A DNA stretch of 61,706 nt, the filler included, from Hausera hauseri (lineage: Eukaryota): the NCBI GenBank assembly GCA_046269625.1. It is 13 parts of 13 records of this genome, joined end to end, with 100 filler letters (N's around TTAATTAATTAA, not from the genome) between each part and the next. Parts side by side here need not be neighbours in the genome. Positions count along the whole stretch, not along the records: positions 24,376 to 29,178 come from JBJURY010430252.1; positions 29,279 to 35,424 come from JBJURY010133873.1; positions 35,525 to 39,717 come from JBJURY010709325.1; 10 more parts are not named here. The stretch is one strand, 5' to 3'. How positions within the stretch are numbered: position 1 is the first letter of the stretch; each line of letters begins with the position of its first letter. A model generated the notes under the pieces. That model did no database searches and was not told where the DNA came from. It saw only the letters and a program-made list of their open reading frames with translations. Below are positions 26,296-39,427 of this stretch, piece after piece. A program made the position numbers and the translations under genes.

Positions 26296-28412
26296 TGGCT
26301 AATTACCTTACTCCCCTTGATGATGCTAATAAAGCACATAGGCGCTGTTACCGTCTACGACTGCGATACGTTTAAACTAGGGCAGAGATATTCCCTAATG
26401 GATTTGGAAGTGTGCGAAGATGCCAGACCGCACAAGTTAGAAACGAGAGAGAAGAATTATTTTCTGTACCAACAAGAAGAATTGATATCATTAGATGGAA
26501 TGGAATGTATGCTGAGACGATCTCGTAGCATTTTTCACTGTGGACTAATACACGGACATTCTTAAATAATCAAACCAACAACCCATTCAATTCCGATGAA
26601 CTTAGAACGCCAGCACAACAAACAGACTAAGGAGTCCGGAAGAGTACAAAGGGACAGTATGCAATTGGAAATGCAACCAGGAAAGATAATTAGGCATACA
26701 AAGTGGTGGTTGGAAGGTTAGACATGCATAACGGACATTGTAACGGAGCGGAATACGACACCGGAAAAGGATTACAAGCAAACGTAGTGGTCGCGGATTT
26801 CTATGAATCAGAGATGCGAGTACAGAAAGTAATGTTCCATAGTGTCACCAAACTATATACCGAGAATAAAAAATGCCATTTACAAGATGGAACCTGTGCT
26901 TTTAGAATTTCTGTTATAATATGGGAACCTCCCTCTGGAAGAAGCTGTAATTTTATCAAAATTAAGGAATTGAAATTTAATGAAACTACCGGGAAGCGAT
27001 ATGAAGATAAATTTGATACCAATTCAAGGACACGCGAAGACGTATTAGAACATCCTGCACCTACTATATTAATCTCTGATCAGCATTGGCTAAAATTTAT
27101 TAAAAAAAATGATTTCTCGTTGTGAAGTAGTGATGTTCGCTACTAACTATGAGGCGTTTTTCGTCGCAAGATGTTCGAATTGAGGATTATCTGAAAAACA
27201 AAGGTGATTATTTCTATTACAAAGGGCAGATCGGAATAACCGAATTATATCATAAAATGATAACAAATGATTGTAAATTGGATAGGGAAATAATAAAGAC
27301 AAAACTGGCCCTTATTTACGCTAATCATTAATTGGCATCCCCAATAATTCCTGAGAGAAAGGATTTTTGGTCGAGTTACTGGTGAAGTCCTATTGACTTA
27401 CGAATGTGAGAAAAAAGATGTACCAATCACCGTTGAAGAAAAACTCTGCATGCAGGAACTTCCCGTTATTTACCAGAATATTCCAAGGTTAACTATGCCA
27501 CTCACTAGAGTGCTATTAGACAATGTAACTGAACCGACAATCCTTAAGGATTTTAAAGCAAGCTTAGGAGAACCAATTTTTAGACGTAGTGAAACAGATT
27601 GGATCAATTTGCCAAATGGAGGTATTACTGCTGCTCCAAATAAATTAACAGGAACAAATCTTGTAAAAGGAATTACATACGACAAATTTCAAGACACCTC
27701 GTCAAAAGGCATATATAGGTCTAAGGAAATCAAAGCGTTCAGACAATTCCTCGCTTTTCCGCGACAGCGGACACACGAATTAAACCGAGCCATGGCCTCC
27801 GTAGTAGACGATACTCGATATCAGGCTAAATGGGAATTCTTGCTTGGCGTAAATCATTATCAGCGAGTAACCACAGAAATACTCTACAAAATTTGGGGAA
27901 GATTTTTGATTTTTGGCCAAGCCGCATCCGGATTCTTAGCAATATGTATTCTGATACAAATGATTAAGGCAGTCATCCAAGCAGTAATAAATAGGTATGA
28001 AATATTTACATTGACCGGATTTTCATGTAAAATAATGACTGCAATCATAACGCCCTTTGGAAAGTTCTTAAAAGCATACGAAGAAAATAGATGGAAATCG
28101 GACGTAGAACGACATGCCAGTTATTATAACCGTAAACGAAAAGGAAGGCCTATGTTCTTATACAAGCGGAAATGTACAAAACCCAATACGTGGAGAAATA
28201 ATTCAGATGATGACGAGCCTAAGGGAGGAGAAGTACTTTCAGGAACAAACAGACATAAGACGTATTCTGCCATTAAAACACCATTGCCTATGCTACCCCC
28301 TACCGCTCCAGTATATAAAGACTGTGACAAACGATCAATGAGTTTATATAAGACAGAAATCTATAAAAGGACGATTAGTTTAGAAGACCCTTATGAAGGA
28401 ACAAAACGTTAA
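26296..28412 (+). pseudogene. Chuvirus-like envelope glycoprotein, copy 3, with transmembrane region and PTAP-containing tail
   Basis: Same cysteine pattern as copy 1, WEPPSGRSCNF, GIYRSKEIKAFRQFLAFP, FGQAASGFLAICILIQMIKAVIQAVINRY..TGFSCKIMTAII and LPPTAPVY. Confidence 0.8.
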
Positions 28413-28427
28413 GGAATCCTACGGAAA

Positions 28428-29178
28428 ATGAGTTATCGACAGCTCCTCAACGACCCCAGAATATTGTATTTCCCGAGAGAACCTCGGAATATAGAAACTA
28501 GATCACCTCTGTGGAAAAATCTAAAGTTAAAAACCTTCCAGAATATAGAACCACACACTGACAATCGAGAACCATTAATTAGTACACATGAAACGGAAGA
28601 ATTGAATATAGAAAACAATGAATTATATCCAAACGGAGAATTAAAACAGTTGTCGGAGAATATAGTATCCTCTCCAAAAATCCAAAACAACGGACATAAA
28701 ATATCAACGACTAAACGCCCAAAAGTTGCATCAAACTGTTTCGGCACAGTAATGGAAGGAAGACCCTTCGCCAAAATCATTATTGAAGATTGGGAAGTTT
28801 ACGCACTAATCGACACAGGTTTTGAGATGTCTTACATTAAGAATGATTCATTACCTCAAACGCTGAGAGAAAAATTATATCCACCATCTACAAAAGACAC
28901 AGGAAGCACAGGAGCTTTTGGCGAAATGTCGAAACCGATGTTTAAATGGAACCCAGAAGTTCAAATAGTTGGACAGTTTTTCCGTCACAAATTTGCACTT
29001 ATGGAACAATTAACTGACGACGTAGTTTTAGGATGTAATCTACTGAAAAGACTACCAAATATAGCAGTTGACTTACAAACAGAAAAGTTAATAGAAATCA
29101 GACAAAATAAAGGCGTAAAGAAATTTGAAGAAGTGTGGATACCAGTCGATGAAAATATTCCACCGAAAACAGAGATAA
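28428..29178 (+). CDS. Retropepsin aspartic protease (start of pol), truncated by the contig end
   Basis: RPFAKIIIEDWEVYALIDTGFEMSYI and DVVLGCNLL. Same frame as the glycoprotein, separated by one TAA. Confidence 0.88.
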
Positions 29179-31098
29179 NNNNNNNNNNNNNNNNNNNNNN
29201 NNNNNNNNNNNNNNNNNNNNNNTTAATTAATTAANNNNNNNNNNNNNNNNNNNNNNNNNNNNNNNNNNNNNNNNNNNNTCCACGAAAGATTTTTGAAATG
29301 TTTAAAAATACTAGGGTTTTGAGAACGTAAATTTGATGGGAAGTTAAACTGAGCAGCTAGCAGCTAGCATTTCATACCTTTTCTGGTTTTTTCCACCCAT
29401 TAAAATTTACTGATGTAATTTTTAATTATAATTAAATGATTAAACTTTAATATTTAAATTATCATTATGAGGAAACAATTGTTTTTAGTTTTTTTACCAT
29501 ATTTAAAAGCCTTCAGTGAGCTGTATACTGCAGGGGTCCATAAGGGGGGGGATTCTTCCATTTGGGGTCCACAGCCTTGTTTCGGTTGGAGGCACTGGTC
29601 TATTAGATGTTTACATAAACTAAAGGTCGGATGTTTGACTACACACGAGCCCGATGGTAACAAAATAATTGTGACCACAGTGAAGAGAATACCTCACAAT
29701 GACCTTGACCTTCCCGCTAGAGGACCCCTTTGTAAATGTGGAGTGATTAAGAAAAAGGTTGCTGAGTTGGGGAAAATTTGCGTCACTGATATTGGCGAGA
29801 AGTTGTGTAGGCATGTGGTGAGTTCAGTACCTCAACGGGTGGAAAATAAAGGACACCCGTGCTCACTAATATTCATGCATGAATAAACTTTAAAAATACG
29901 TTTCTGCTCGACTTTCTGAACTGATCGGCGGCACTGCAAATCGTTTTGTTAGCAATTTTAAAAGAACGTAATTCAGTTTGAAGTCCATTCCTTTCCATCT
30001 TGGGAAATCTTCAGCATCGTCGTGAAACATCCAAAGGCGCTGTTACGTGGTTCTTTGCAGAGATCAGAAGGTAGAAAACATTGGCAATCCTCAAAGATAC
30101 GTGATTAGAGCAGTGAATTTTTCGTCGCAAAAAGCCCAAACATATCTTCTGTGGGCTGCGAGGGCCAAACTGCTCATCCGTTCTTCGTCAAACACACATT
30201 CTTTTGATGGTTCAGTAATTCCGATTGATTCTCCCATTTCATTCCGGTCTGCACGCTACTCTGTACAAAGCCGTATAGTGAAATACATTTCCGTTGACTT
30301 TCTAATGTCAGCCTTCAATCGGTCTCTCCTTATCTTCAATCTGCTATTACGGTCCAACATAACATGATGCTCAATATCAGGATAGAGTTATAGATGGTGA
30401 ATATACGCACACAACAAAAAACCTATTGCCATTTATTTACTGCAACCAATATCACGTTGCACCAGAATCATTAATTCCCTTTTTCCTATTGAACAACAGA
30501 GGAAACCACCGCGGACGTTCTCTGTCCACATCAACAATATACCCGACATGAGTACGATAAACGTCATCTGTATCCGATTTGTAACGGAATTCAACAGGCG
30601 TGTTTAAATTTATTTTCTGATCCTTCAGTTATTCTTTCAATAACAATGTTTCATTGCGTACCTCAGTGTAACAATTAGCTGTCAATAAATAAGTCAGAGT
30701 CGACTTCAAAATAAAAACAACAAACTTTAAATGCAATCTTTTTCATACCAAAGTCCGCAATAATGACAATTGACGATATTCCGATTCAGTTCCATAAATT
30801 TGACGTTTTCTGCAATTAATTAATTTTCATTTATTTCATTTTACTTACGTTTATCGTAACGAATTCGACGACGTGCCTCAATTTATCGACGATTTTTTGG
30901 AACTGCCAACATCAAACAGTCCTTCAGAAATGAATTGAAGTCGAATACGTTTAATTTAGCCATTGGCAGACCATTATTAGCAATTAGGGCAACGTCAAAT
31001 CCTTCTGTAGAATTGATAAAAATTGCAAATCACTAGAATTAAAGAAAAATCAACCGATAAATGACTTCAAGTAATTAATGATTTGCTTCACTAAGTAC

Positions 31099-31333
31099 CT
31101 GGAACCCAGCAATAATTTTCTAAATAATTCAGGAGGTTTTTTCCACCAATATCCTTTGACATATAACATGAAATTGGTTTGAGAACATACTGTTTGACAG
31201 TGACAATTAAAGTGAGAGTTAGTAATACAATCACAGTAAAATGGAAATTGAATTTATCAGCAAAATCTTCTACACCGACATAACTCGTTACTTGAAATTT
31301 TGTGAGAAAGTCCAAAAATTCTGATGCCACCAT
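31099..31333 (-). CDS. inx: Innexin (gap-junction protein), first coding exon
   Basis: EDFADKFNFHFTV, TM1, KQYVLKPISC and YLENYCWVPG are innexin signatures. The exon ends at a CAG|GTACTT donor. The N-terminus resembles flatworm innexins. Confidence 0.93.
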
Positions 31334-33703
31334 TATTAAGTTTAAATTCCAGATCGATTAAAGTTTCAATAAACGCCAATAAATTACAGTAATTGTATGT
31401 AATTTATTACTGCCAATAAATTACATTAATTGTATGTAATTTATTGAAATTATGCTGTGATTTTTGTTAATATTAGCATAATTTTAATATTCTCTGTTAA
31501 AGTAGTAAATGTATTTATAAGGATTGACTAACTGTAGAAAATTTCTGGCATTGAAAATGGAGCTAACGTTGTTGTGATCAATGTCTAATCGTCAAAATGT
31601 TCATGTACGTAAATAATGTCATCAGCATTTCGTATTTACTCTCTTCGTTGTACTACGATTGTTTCAACCGTTATCAATAACTTATATTTCATTCTAAATC
31701 TATTTTTGTCTATTTTTCCAATTAATATTAATCCAAATAATGCATATGATATTTTGATTTTTTTATTTAAAGGTTATGCCAAATTTATCCCGTCATGTTA
31801 ATTTGCTGTAAATTCCATTCTTATACATCGAATCCAACAGTGGAAATGAAGAAATGCTTGGATTTCTTTCTATGAAATTGCTTTATGATCAAAGATGATA
31901 ATTAAGTGCCGATGAACAACAAGGTCAATTTCTTTGTATTGAAATTTTTGTTTTAAAATTTTGCATTTTAAAACGCAAATTTTTCAAAATTTTTAAAATG
32001 CTTAAACATAATGATAAAATTGATGAATTTCTAGATTTCTTCAAATCTGAATTCCAGAAAAAATCTGTGACAACATCAAATGCAGGTTCAGTTAATAAAT
32101 TTGACTGATTTATTATTTCAAAAACACACGAAAATTAGAGAATCTAAAAGTAGAATATCGAAATTTATTAACGTATCAAACACAAATATCCCAGTATAAT
32201 GTAATTTTATTCATTATAATTTTTTAGGTATAAAATTAGAATGAATCATTATTTAGAAAGAACTCCAAGATGTTATAAGAAAATTTCCGGTAATGGAATT
32301 TATATAAAATCAAACTGATGCAAATGTAGCAAAGAAATTATTTGCTTGCGATAAATATTTTGGAATGAAAGTAATTCCACTCAATGATGATTGTCGATTT
32401 GTAATATTACTCAAATCATTGTCATGTGATTTCCCAATTGTTGGGTTAGATGAAATTCATGAACAATGTCAATGTTACGTCGTCTTGGTGAAAAATAACA
32501 GCGATAAATACGCTTTGGAAAAATGTTATCCGACGAAATTATTTGTCAAGATAATCAAGTACGTTGTGGAATTAAATGTGACTCGGAATCATTTACGGTT
32601 TGTTGTGAAATTCAGAAAATGTGTTTTGAATTCGATATGATGTCCTGTTTTACCTATTTTGCTTTTATTGTTTATTAGTTATTACTTGGAAAATTTTGCA
32701 CTTTTACCATGTTTTCCAAAATCCACGTTACGATTGCAAATTAATTTACTGTAAAAGACTTTTTTTATTGTGCACGCATGATTTGCACGAAGATATGTAC
32801 AAGTTTTCTTTTACATACTTTTTTATGTTTTCCACGTAAATTTTGAAATTGCTTTAATCTGGATGGTAATTATATTATTGTCACATTTTCCTGTTAAGTT
32901 TTTGAATTTGATTTTTGTTGCCATTTGCATGAAATAAAATTGGATCACAAATTTTAGATAATTTATCATTTCTGAACTTTACTCAATGGATTGTGCGTTG
33001 AGTACAAGATCTGTTCAAATTGAATAAGATCAATTGTTTGTTGCATTTAGATAACATTTCCCGTTTTTACGATAAAGTCTGGGAATCTTTCCGGTAGTGT
33101 ACATCTGGAGGTTCAAACTGGATACTTCGGTTCTTTCTATTCGTTTTCTTCCTTTCACATTATGAAGAACATACGTCCAGTCATTTACGACTTTCTCATA
33201 ACTATTACCGGAACTCATTACTCATGTATACTCTACGATAATTACATATCCAACACTTCGGTTCTGATTGTATCTTCTCGTTTTCTGCTGTCGATTAAAA
33301 TCCGTCAGATGGGATATTTGTTGATGAATAATTTTCAACTTGCCTACCGAATCTTTTCCATTTAAACAGAAAATTTTGTCGGTACCCGAATCCAGTTTCA
33401 TATTCTGAATGCAACCAGTGACGATAATTCTACCCAATCAGTGAAATCTGCCACTTAACTGGATCGAATAGTCTCTTGACCAACAAATCACTCGACGGAT
33501 AATACGGAGATGTTAATGATTTTCTAATTCACCAAGTAACCCAGATCGAAAATTCCTTCTATAATCACTATGTATTGGATGAGAAATCCCAAACGTCGGA
33601 ATTTAGTGTATCTATAAAGTCTTTACGATTTCTTATGCGGATATTTTTTATGAGAAATATCAGATTTGTGTACATTGCAAATTAATCTATTAATCCCAAT
33701 ATA

Positions 33704-34489
33704 TACACCCGTTCCAAATAAATAACATACACTAATGCTGGCATTGGCAATCTATAAAGTTATTTAAGTAAATAAATGTTAAAAATATAACAAAAGCTAA
33801 AAAAAATATTTTTTTTTAAAAATTGCAAAAAAGCAAAAATATCTAACAAAAAAATTTACAAAAAATTACCAAAACTCAAATGAATAACATACCTATATTA
33901 TAGAAACACACAAACTCATGACAAAACTAACTAATTTGCATGCAGACACACATACAAGTGCAGCAAACATACATGATTTTTTGTAAAATAATTAACATAC
34001 CTGTCAAATTAATAACATACATAAATTTGTCAAAAAGTATCATTAAAATGGACCAAAGTTAACCACATGATAGAAAAGTTTATTTAAGCAAGAATTCCAG
34101 AAAAATAATTACATTAAAAGCTGTTGTATCGAAATATTTACCCATTTTACTCAAAAAATTCAACGAAACAAAAACAGCATAAAAAGTCAATTTTCCATTT
34201 CATTTAACTTCGTTAGTTCAACTATATGCTGACATTTTCAAAGTAATTCAACGAAAAAAAAAGACTTGAAAAAGCATAATTGGAAAATTGGCTTTTATTA
34301 AAAAAATTTACTTACATTCGCCTGGTTTTCTTTAAATCCACAATAAATAAATCCAAATAGAATTTTCTTTATAAATATCCAAAAAAGTCGAGAAGAAATA
34401 ACTGATAAATCCAGAAAATTAACAAAAAAACGATTTTCGGGTATGTTATTAATTTGACAAACGTATGCTATTAATTTGTAACGAATGTA
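33704..34489. mobile_element. Non-autonomous Tc1/mariner-type MITE
   Basis: TIRs TACACCCGTTCCAAATAAATAACATAC and GTATGCTATTAATTTGTAACGAATGTA, TA ends, and internal AATAACATAC repeats. Confidence 0.7.
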
Positions 34490-35270
34490 TTATTTCCGAG
34501 TGTATTATTAAATGACAGTAATTTGTGTTTTGTAGAGATAAAAATGTGTTGCGGATATGGATTTATTCAAGTAAATATTTGACATGAGTATTTTGCCATT
34601 TACAGTATAATACAGACAAATTACTGTCAATTGGAACTAAATTGTCGATTATCATAAAATTATGAACTTTTATGACTAATTTTTATGTTATCAACATAAA
34701 ATTCCTTACAACTAATTTTCAGAAAGGGAACCACATATGCAAGAAGTGTTGCAAATTTCTATAAAAAATTTCAATAAAATATCAATATCAAAAACTTGAC
34801 AGAAAATAAACTTTTTCGACTAGTAGAATGTATTAATCATCATGATCATGAAATTCTGTACTTTTAAGATTAATTTTCATATTAATCATTATAAAATTCT
34901 ATATTTGTATAAATAATTTTCATTAAAAATGTTGTACTACTGTTAAATTTGTAAGTAAAATTCTGAAATTTTTAAATTTAAATTATTTTTTTAACAAAAC
35001 CGGTTGAGTAAATATTTTTATATAAATTATTTTCAGTATTATTTGACATCTACTTTTTCATATTTATAAAATTATTTGATGAAAATAAATCTTTGGATGT
35101 TAATTTCAATGGTTATGCTAGTAATGCTTTTATGGATTTCTAAGAATATGAATGTAGTATAAAATTAGTTTCAATATAAAATTACAGCGGTTGCGTCCGC
35201 GAAAAGAGTAAACTATATATTTATATATATGTTTAAAATAAAAGTAAAAAATATATGTAACTAATACTTT

Positions 35271-35424
35271 ACTAATTGTGTTTTTTCAACCTAATAAATA
35301 TACATCTAATATTTCACTAATTGTCTTTTGTCGACCTATTAAATATACATCTAATCTTTCACTAAATGTCTTTTGTTAACCTAATAAATATCCGTCTAAT
35401 ATTTGACTAATTGTGTTTTGTCCA
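35271..35424. repeat. 45-bp minisatellite, about 3.4 copies, running into the contig end
   Basis: Unit ACTAATTGTGTTTTTTCAACCTAATAAATATACATCTAATATTTC. Confidence 0.9.
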
Positions 35425-35524
35425 NNNNNNNNNNNNNNNNNNNNNNNNNNNNNNNNNNNNNNNNNNNNTTAATTAATTAANNNNNNNNNNNNNNNNNNNN
35501 NNNNNNNNNNNNNNNNNNNNNNNN

Positions 35525-36378
35525 AACTACTCTGATGCTCCACCAGACTTTGAAAAACGTCCCATCAATGGTGGTTCCTTCCCTTTCAGTTTATGAACAG
35601 GACTGTTAGGACCATCAAGAATAGTGAGACATGCTGTACACATCACGTGGGCATAAGAGAAGACGTTTTTGGGATTGTTCGCTCATGGTTTTAAGAAAAT
35701 CATTTACACTATCAAAACACTTGGTTTCCTTATTATAGTAATGAGCAGTAACACTCAAGTATGAGAATGAAAGTCAACACTGAGTCTACAAGTCCAAGCA
35801 AATGTTTATCTTGCCAGCTTTCTTGACATTCCTTGTAACATTGTCTTTCATTTTCTCACTGAGTTCAAGTAACCAATCTCGCAGAGTATGTCAACTTCGT
35901 AATATCTCAGGAGTCCCGGAGTTCAACAATGTTATAAAGTTCTTGAATTCTTAAGTCTATCATCTCTAATGAGAAGCCACTACATCCCTCTAATAGTGAG
36001 AAGCTGGTCTTAAAAGCTACGAAATCAACTGATTTTGGGTCGAATTGTAACATCTTCTTAGTAGAATCTGAAGTGAACCTCTCATTGGAGAGTCTGTTCT
36101 GGTTCCCTTTCTCTTTTTCCTCATTCATTATGAACTCTTCCTCAAATATTTTTTTCAGCAAGGTATTTTAAAAATTCTTCAACATGCTTCCCATGCAAAT
36201 GAGATTTCAAATAGGGTGTGTTACGACCTTTGTTTTTGTAGGAACAGAAATTGCAGAAACTGTAAAGTACTTCACCAATGTTCTTCAGATGCTGAACATT
36301 CCAAATTTTTGATGATTTTTCTGACCCTCTTGCTCCGGTCAATCCATTATGTTCAATAACATCTATGTTCTCCATCAC
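35525..36378 (-). mobile_element. hAT (Ac/ZBED-like) transposase remnant with BED zinc finger
   Basis: SKIW..CNFC..NTPYLKSHLHGKH, and downstream INICLDL*T..SYLSVTAHYY. Confidence 0.8.
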
Positions 36379-36738
36379 TGATGATTATACGAAATTTCAC
36401 AAAGATTCTAAGAAAGCAAAAATACTTAATAAATGTGTTAGTAATTAAACCACAATTACTTAAAGATTTTCAAATGCCTGCTTCCAAACGTTATTAAAAC
36501 AACGCCCAATCATATTATATAGTATATCTAAGTTATTAAGTTACAAAATATAGTTTTATTCAAAGTCTGAATACACCTATTATGTTGCTTTATTTCTGAA
36601 TTACTAGGCAAACAACGCATTGTATGTTCCTGTATACGCATGTGCATGCATGCGTGTATGCATACATGTATGACTGTTTAATATTTACTATATAATAAGT
36701 GTAGCTATTAAAATTAATTGCATAACTATTTTGGTAGA

Positions 36739-39160
36739 ATGGAGCTTTCACCAGATATTCGTGAAAATATTGAGATACTTGAAGGTGAAAGTTATTCCTA
36801 TCGCCGAATTGCTGCTCGATTATGTGTCAGCCTTAGTTCTGTACAACGTGAAATTTCTTGACAGTCATATACAGGTAGTAATGTACGAAAGAAACGAATT
36901 GGGATACCCAGAAAAACGTCTGTAAGAACTGACCGTCATATCCGTCAAATAGTGGTTACAATCAGTATGCTGACATGTTTCCCCTAAAAAGTTTACAACA
37001 AAAGAAAGTGTTTCAATTCTTTAATTTAAAAAAGTATAGCAACGGAATTTCGGAACAAAATTAAACAACACTTACGGTTAATAAAGTAACAATCAAATTA
37101 CAGAGTTCAGGCCGTTTTCAGTACAACAGACAATCTTTTCTTTGAAGTGGGGGAATAGATTTTTCAAGTAAATTGGAGTAAAGGTTTTTGCTTTCTGTTT
37201 GATTCTTCATGCAAGTTGCGTCCGGTTTTTGACGGTTTAGATATTTTCTTATACCTTCAATTTAAGTTGGGCCCAGAAGCGCTCAATTGGGCGGATCTGT
37301 GGTGCACAAGGTAGGTTTTTCTCTTTGGGATTGAATGGTATTTTTTGCTTTTCAACCACTCCATGTGTCACAGCCATAGTGACACGAGGCTAGGTCAGGC
37401 CAAAAGATGTAATGTCCTCTGGAATAGATAGTGGAGAGAAATGATAATAAATGCTTTTTTAAGAATTTATTCACGTAAACTGTAGAATTGAGAGCAAATG
37501 AATTTGACTTGCGAATAAACAAAGAAATTCAAAGCTTGGAAACGGCAGCCCAAACTAAGATTTTGGAACAAAATTTATAGCGGTATTTCAAGGTAGCTCA
37601 TCAAGAACATTGTTTTTATCTGCTGTTGAGATGTAAAGTAAAATACAATAAAATAGAATTCATCATCTAATACAAACTCGGTTCTTGAGTGCTCGACGAC
37701 AAAATCCTTCAGAACTTGAATGAGCTCTTCGTGACGAATGAGTTGGTCAGGTGAAACTTTTGAAGCCTCTTTACGTTTTCTATAAATAATTTTTTCTTTA
37801 TGAAGTATTCGGGATATATGTGACTTTGAAATATTAAATTTCCTTCCAGGTTTCGAAGGCTTTGGCCTGTCTTTCAGATGGCAGCAGAAACAAGGCGTTT
37901 ACAACGCCTTTAATACTTTTTAGAACTTTTTCTAACACTTCCAGGCTTTCTCATTACTGTTGCCCTTTCTTTGTAACGTTTGAAAACCTTGCAAACACCT
38001 TGCCCTGTCATTTCTATGCCACCGAACTTCTTCACGGTGTCTGCTTTGAGTGGTTCAAATTTAGATGATCATTTCCGGTAAGGTCTTCATTTTCAAATAT
38101 TTACCAAACACAGCTAACAAATTTAAACAAACCTTTATTAATTCCTTTACCATCACAGTTATATTTTTCAACAATAAAATGTAGTTTAGTTAAATATTAG
38201 CGAAATTAATTTTTATTATGCGTTGATTAGTTTATAAACTTTTTAGGGTACACATGTTAGTAGCTCATTTGTGCAAGCTCAGCTGCCATCCCATGTACAA
38301 ATCCACACTTCAACAATACGCAGACGCCCGTCTGGAGAATTTGGGCTATCTGCTTATCGCCCATCTGTCAAGGCAAAGTTGTCAATCAAAAACATTCGTG
38401 ATCGCACGGCATTCTATCAAGCCCATAAAAATTGGACACAAGAACAATGGGCATCTGTTATGTTCATTGACGAGACCCTCATTCACCAATTCACACAGTA
38501 TGCCCCTTACGTACCACGACCAAGAAATCAACGTTTAAATCCCAGGTATGTTTGTCACACAGTAAAAAGTGCACCACCAGTCATGGTGTGGGGTGAAATT
38601 TTTTACAAAGGTCCAACGTAGCAAACAATCAATGCTGTTACATATGACGATATAATTAAAAAGAAGCTGCCACTAGCGATGCGCTGTACTCATTGTTCCA
38701 CTTTTCAGAACGATGGGACGTCATGCCATCAAGCCAAATCTACAAAACAATGGTTCCTCAACAACAATATCAACGTTCTCAGTCCTTGGCCTGGTTCATC
38801 ACCAGATTTCAATCCAAATGAAAACTGTTGGTTATTATTAAAGGTATCCTGCATGAATCCTACATCGTTGGAAGACTTGCGTCCAACTGTTGTCAATGTT
38901 TGGCACCGCAAAATTACTCCTGCATATTGCAAAGAATTAATAAATTCAATCCCTAGTAGAATGGCTGCCGTCATCGCAGCCAAAGGACACCATATTAAGT
39001 TTTAATTTGAACTTATATTACTGTTGATATTGTCTATCAAACTCTGTCATGTATGTTTAATATATATCTTTGTTTTTTCAAAAACTATTTTGTGAATACC
39101 TGTTTTAAATAATGAAATCAGTAGTTTACAAGTGTATTCAGACTTTTACACACCATTGTA
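36739..39160 (+). mobile_element. Tc1-like transposon, decayed and interrupted by a nested element
   Basis: HTH region SYRRIAARLCVSLSSVQR..GIPRKTSVRTDR, then WASVMFIDE, VMVWG, FQNDGTSCH and WPGSSPDFNPNENCW. 3' TIR CTTTTACACACCATTGTA. Confidence 0.88.
36968..38262 (-). mobile_element. ITm DD37E-like transposon nested in the Tc1 element
   Basis: TIRs TGCTGACATGTTTCCCCTAAAAAGTTTA and TAAACTTTTTAGGGTACACATGTTAGTA. Minus-strand FWPDLASCHY and PQIRPIERFWAQLK. Confidence 0.8.
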
Positions 39161-39308
39161 TATGTACATATATATCTTTTTTACCGTGGAATATTGTTCC
39201 AAATTTTCTTTATTTAGAATGAAAATTGGATATTAATACATAGAATAAATAATTTTCTTATTAAACAATAAGTCGTTTAGAGGACAATAATGTTGCAATT
39301 TATTTGGT

Positions 39309-39346
39309 TCTGATATTTCAATCTTGCTAAGATCTTCCTCAGAGTA
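39309..39346 (-). ncRNA. Minimal type I hammerhead ribozyme motif in the Penelope 3' region
   Basis: CUGAGGA-A-GAUCUU-AGC-AAGAUU-GAAA-UAUC. Core boxes and stem II are present; stem I is only 2 bp. Confidence 0.6.
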
Positions 39347-39427
39347 TGGACTTTTTTGATTTTTTGTGTTCGTGTATGAGTTCATTTTGTTGTTCTTTTT
39401 CTTTTTCTTCTCGTTTTTATTGGTTTT

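Larger units (their letters stand above)
24376..29178 (+). mobile_element. Giant LTR retroelement, copy 3: orphan region, AT-hook, glycoprotein, protease
   Basis: Homologous to copies 1 and 2. PKRPVGRPKK AT-hook-like motif. Glycoprotein and protease lie on one contig. Confidence 0.88.

Noticed and set aside
29279-30600. Short ORFs and a GC-rich hAT-like end (GGAGGCACTG near 29597)
   Set aside because: Probably a very decayed DNA transposon, but no motif is clear enough to call.
33030-33700. Coding-like minus-strand stretch
   Set aside because: Multiple stops and no recognisable family.
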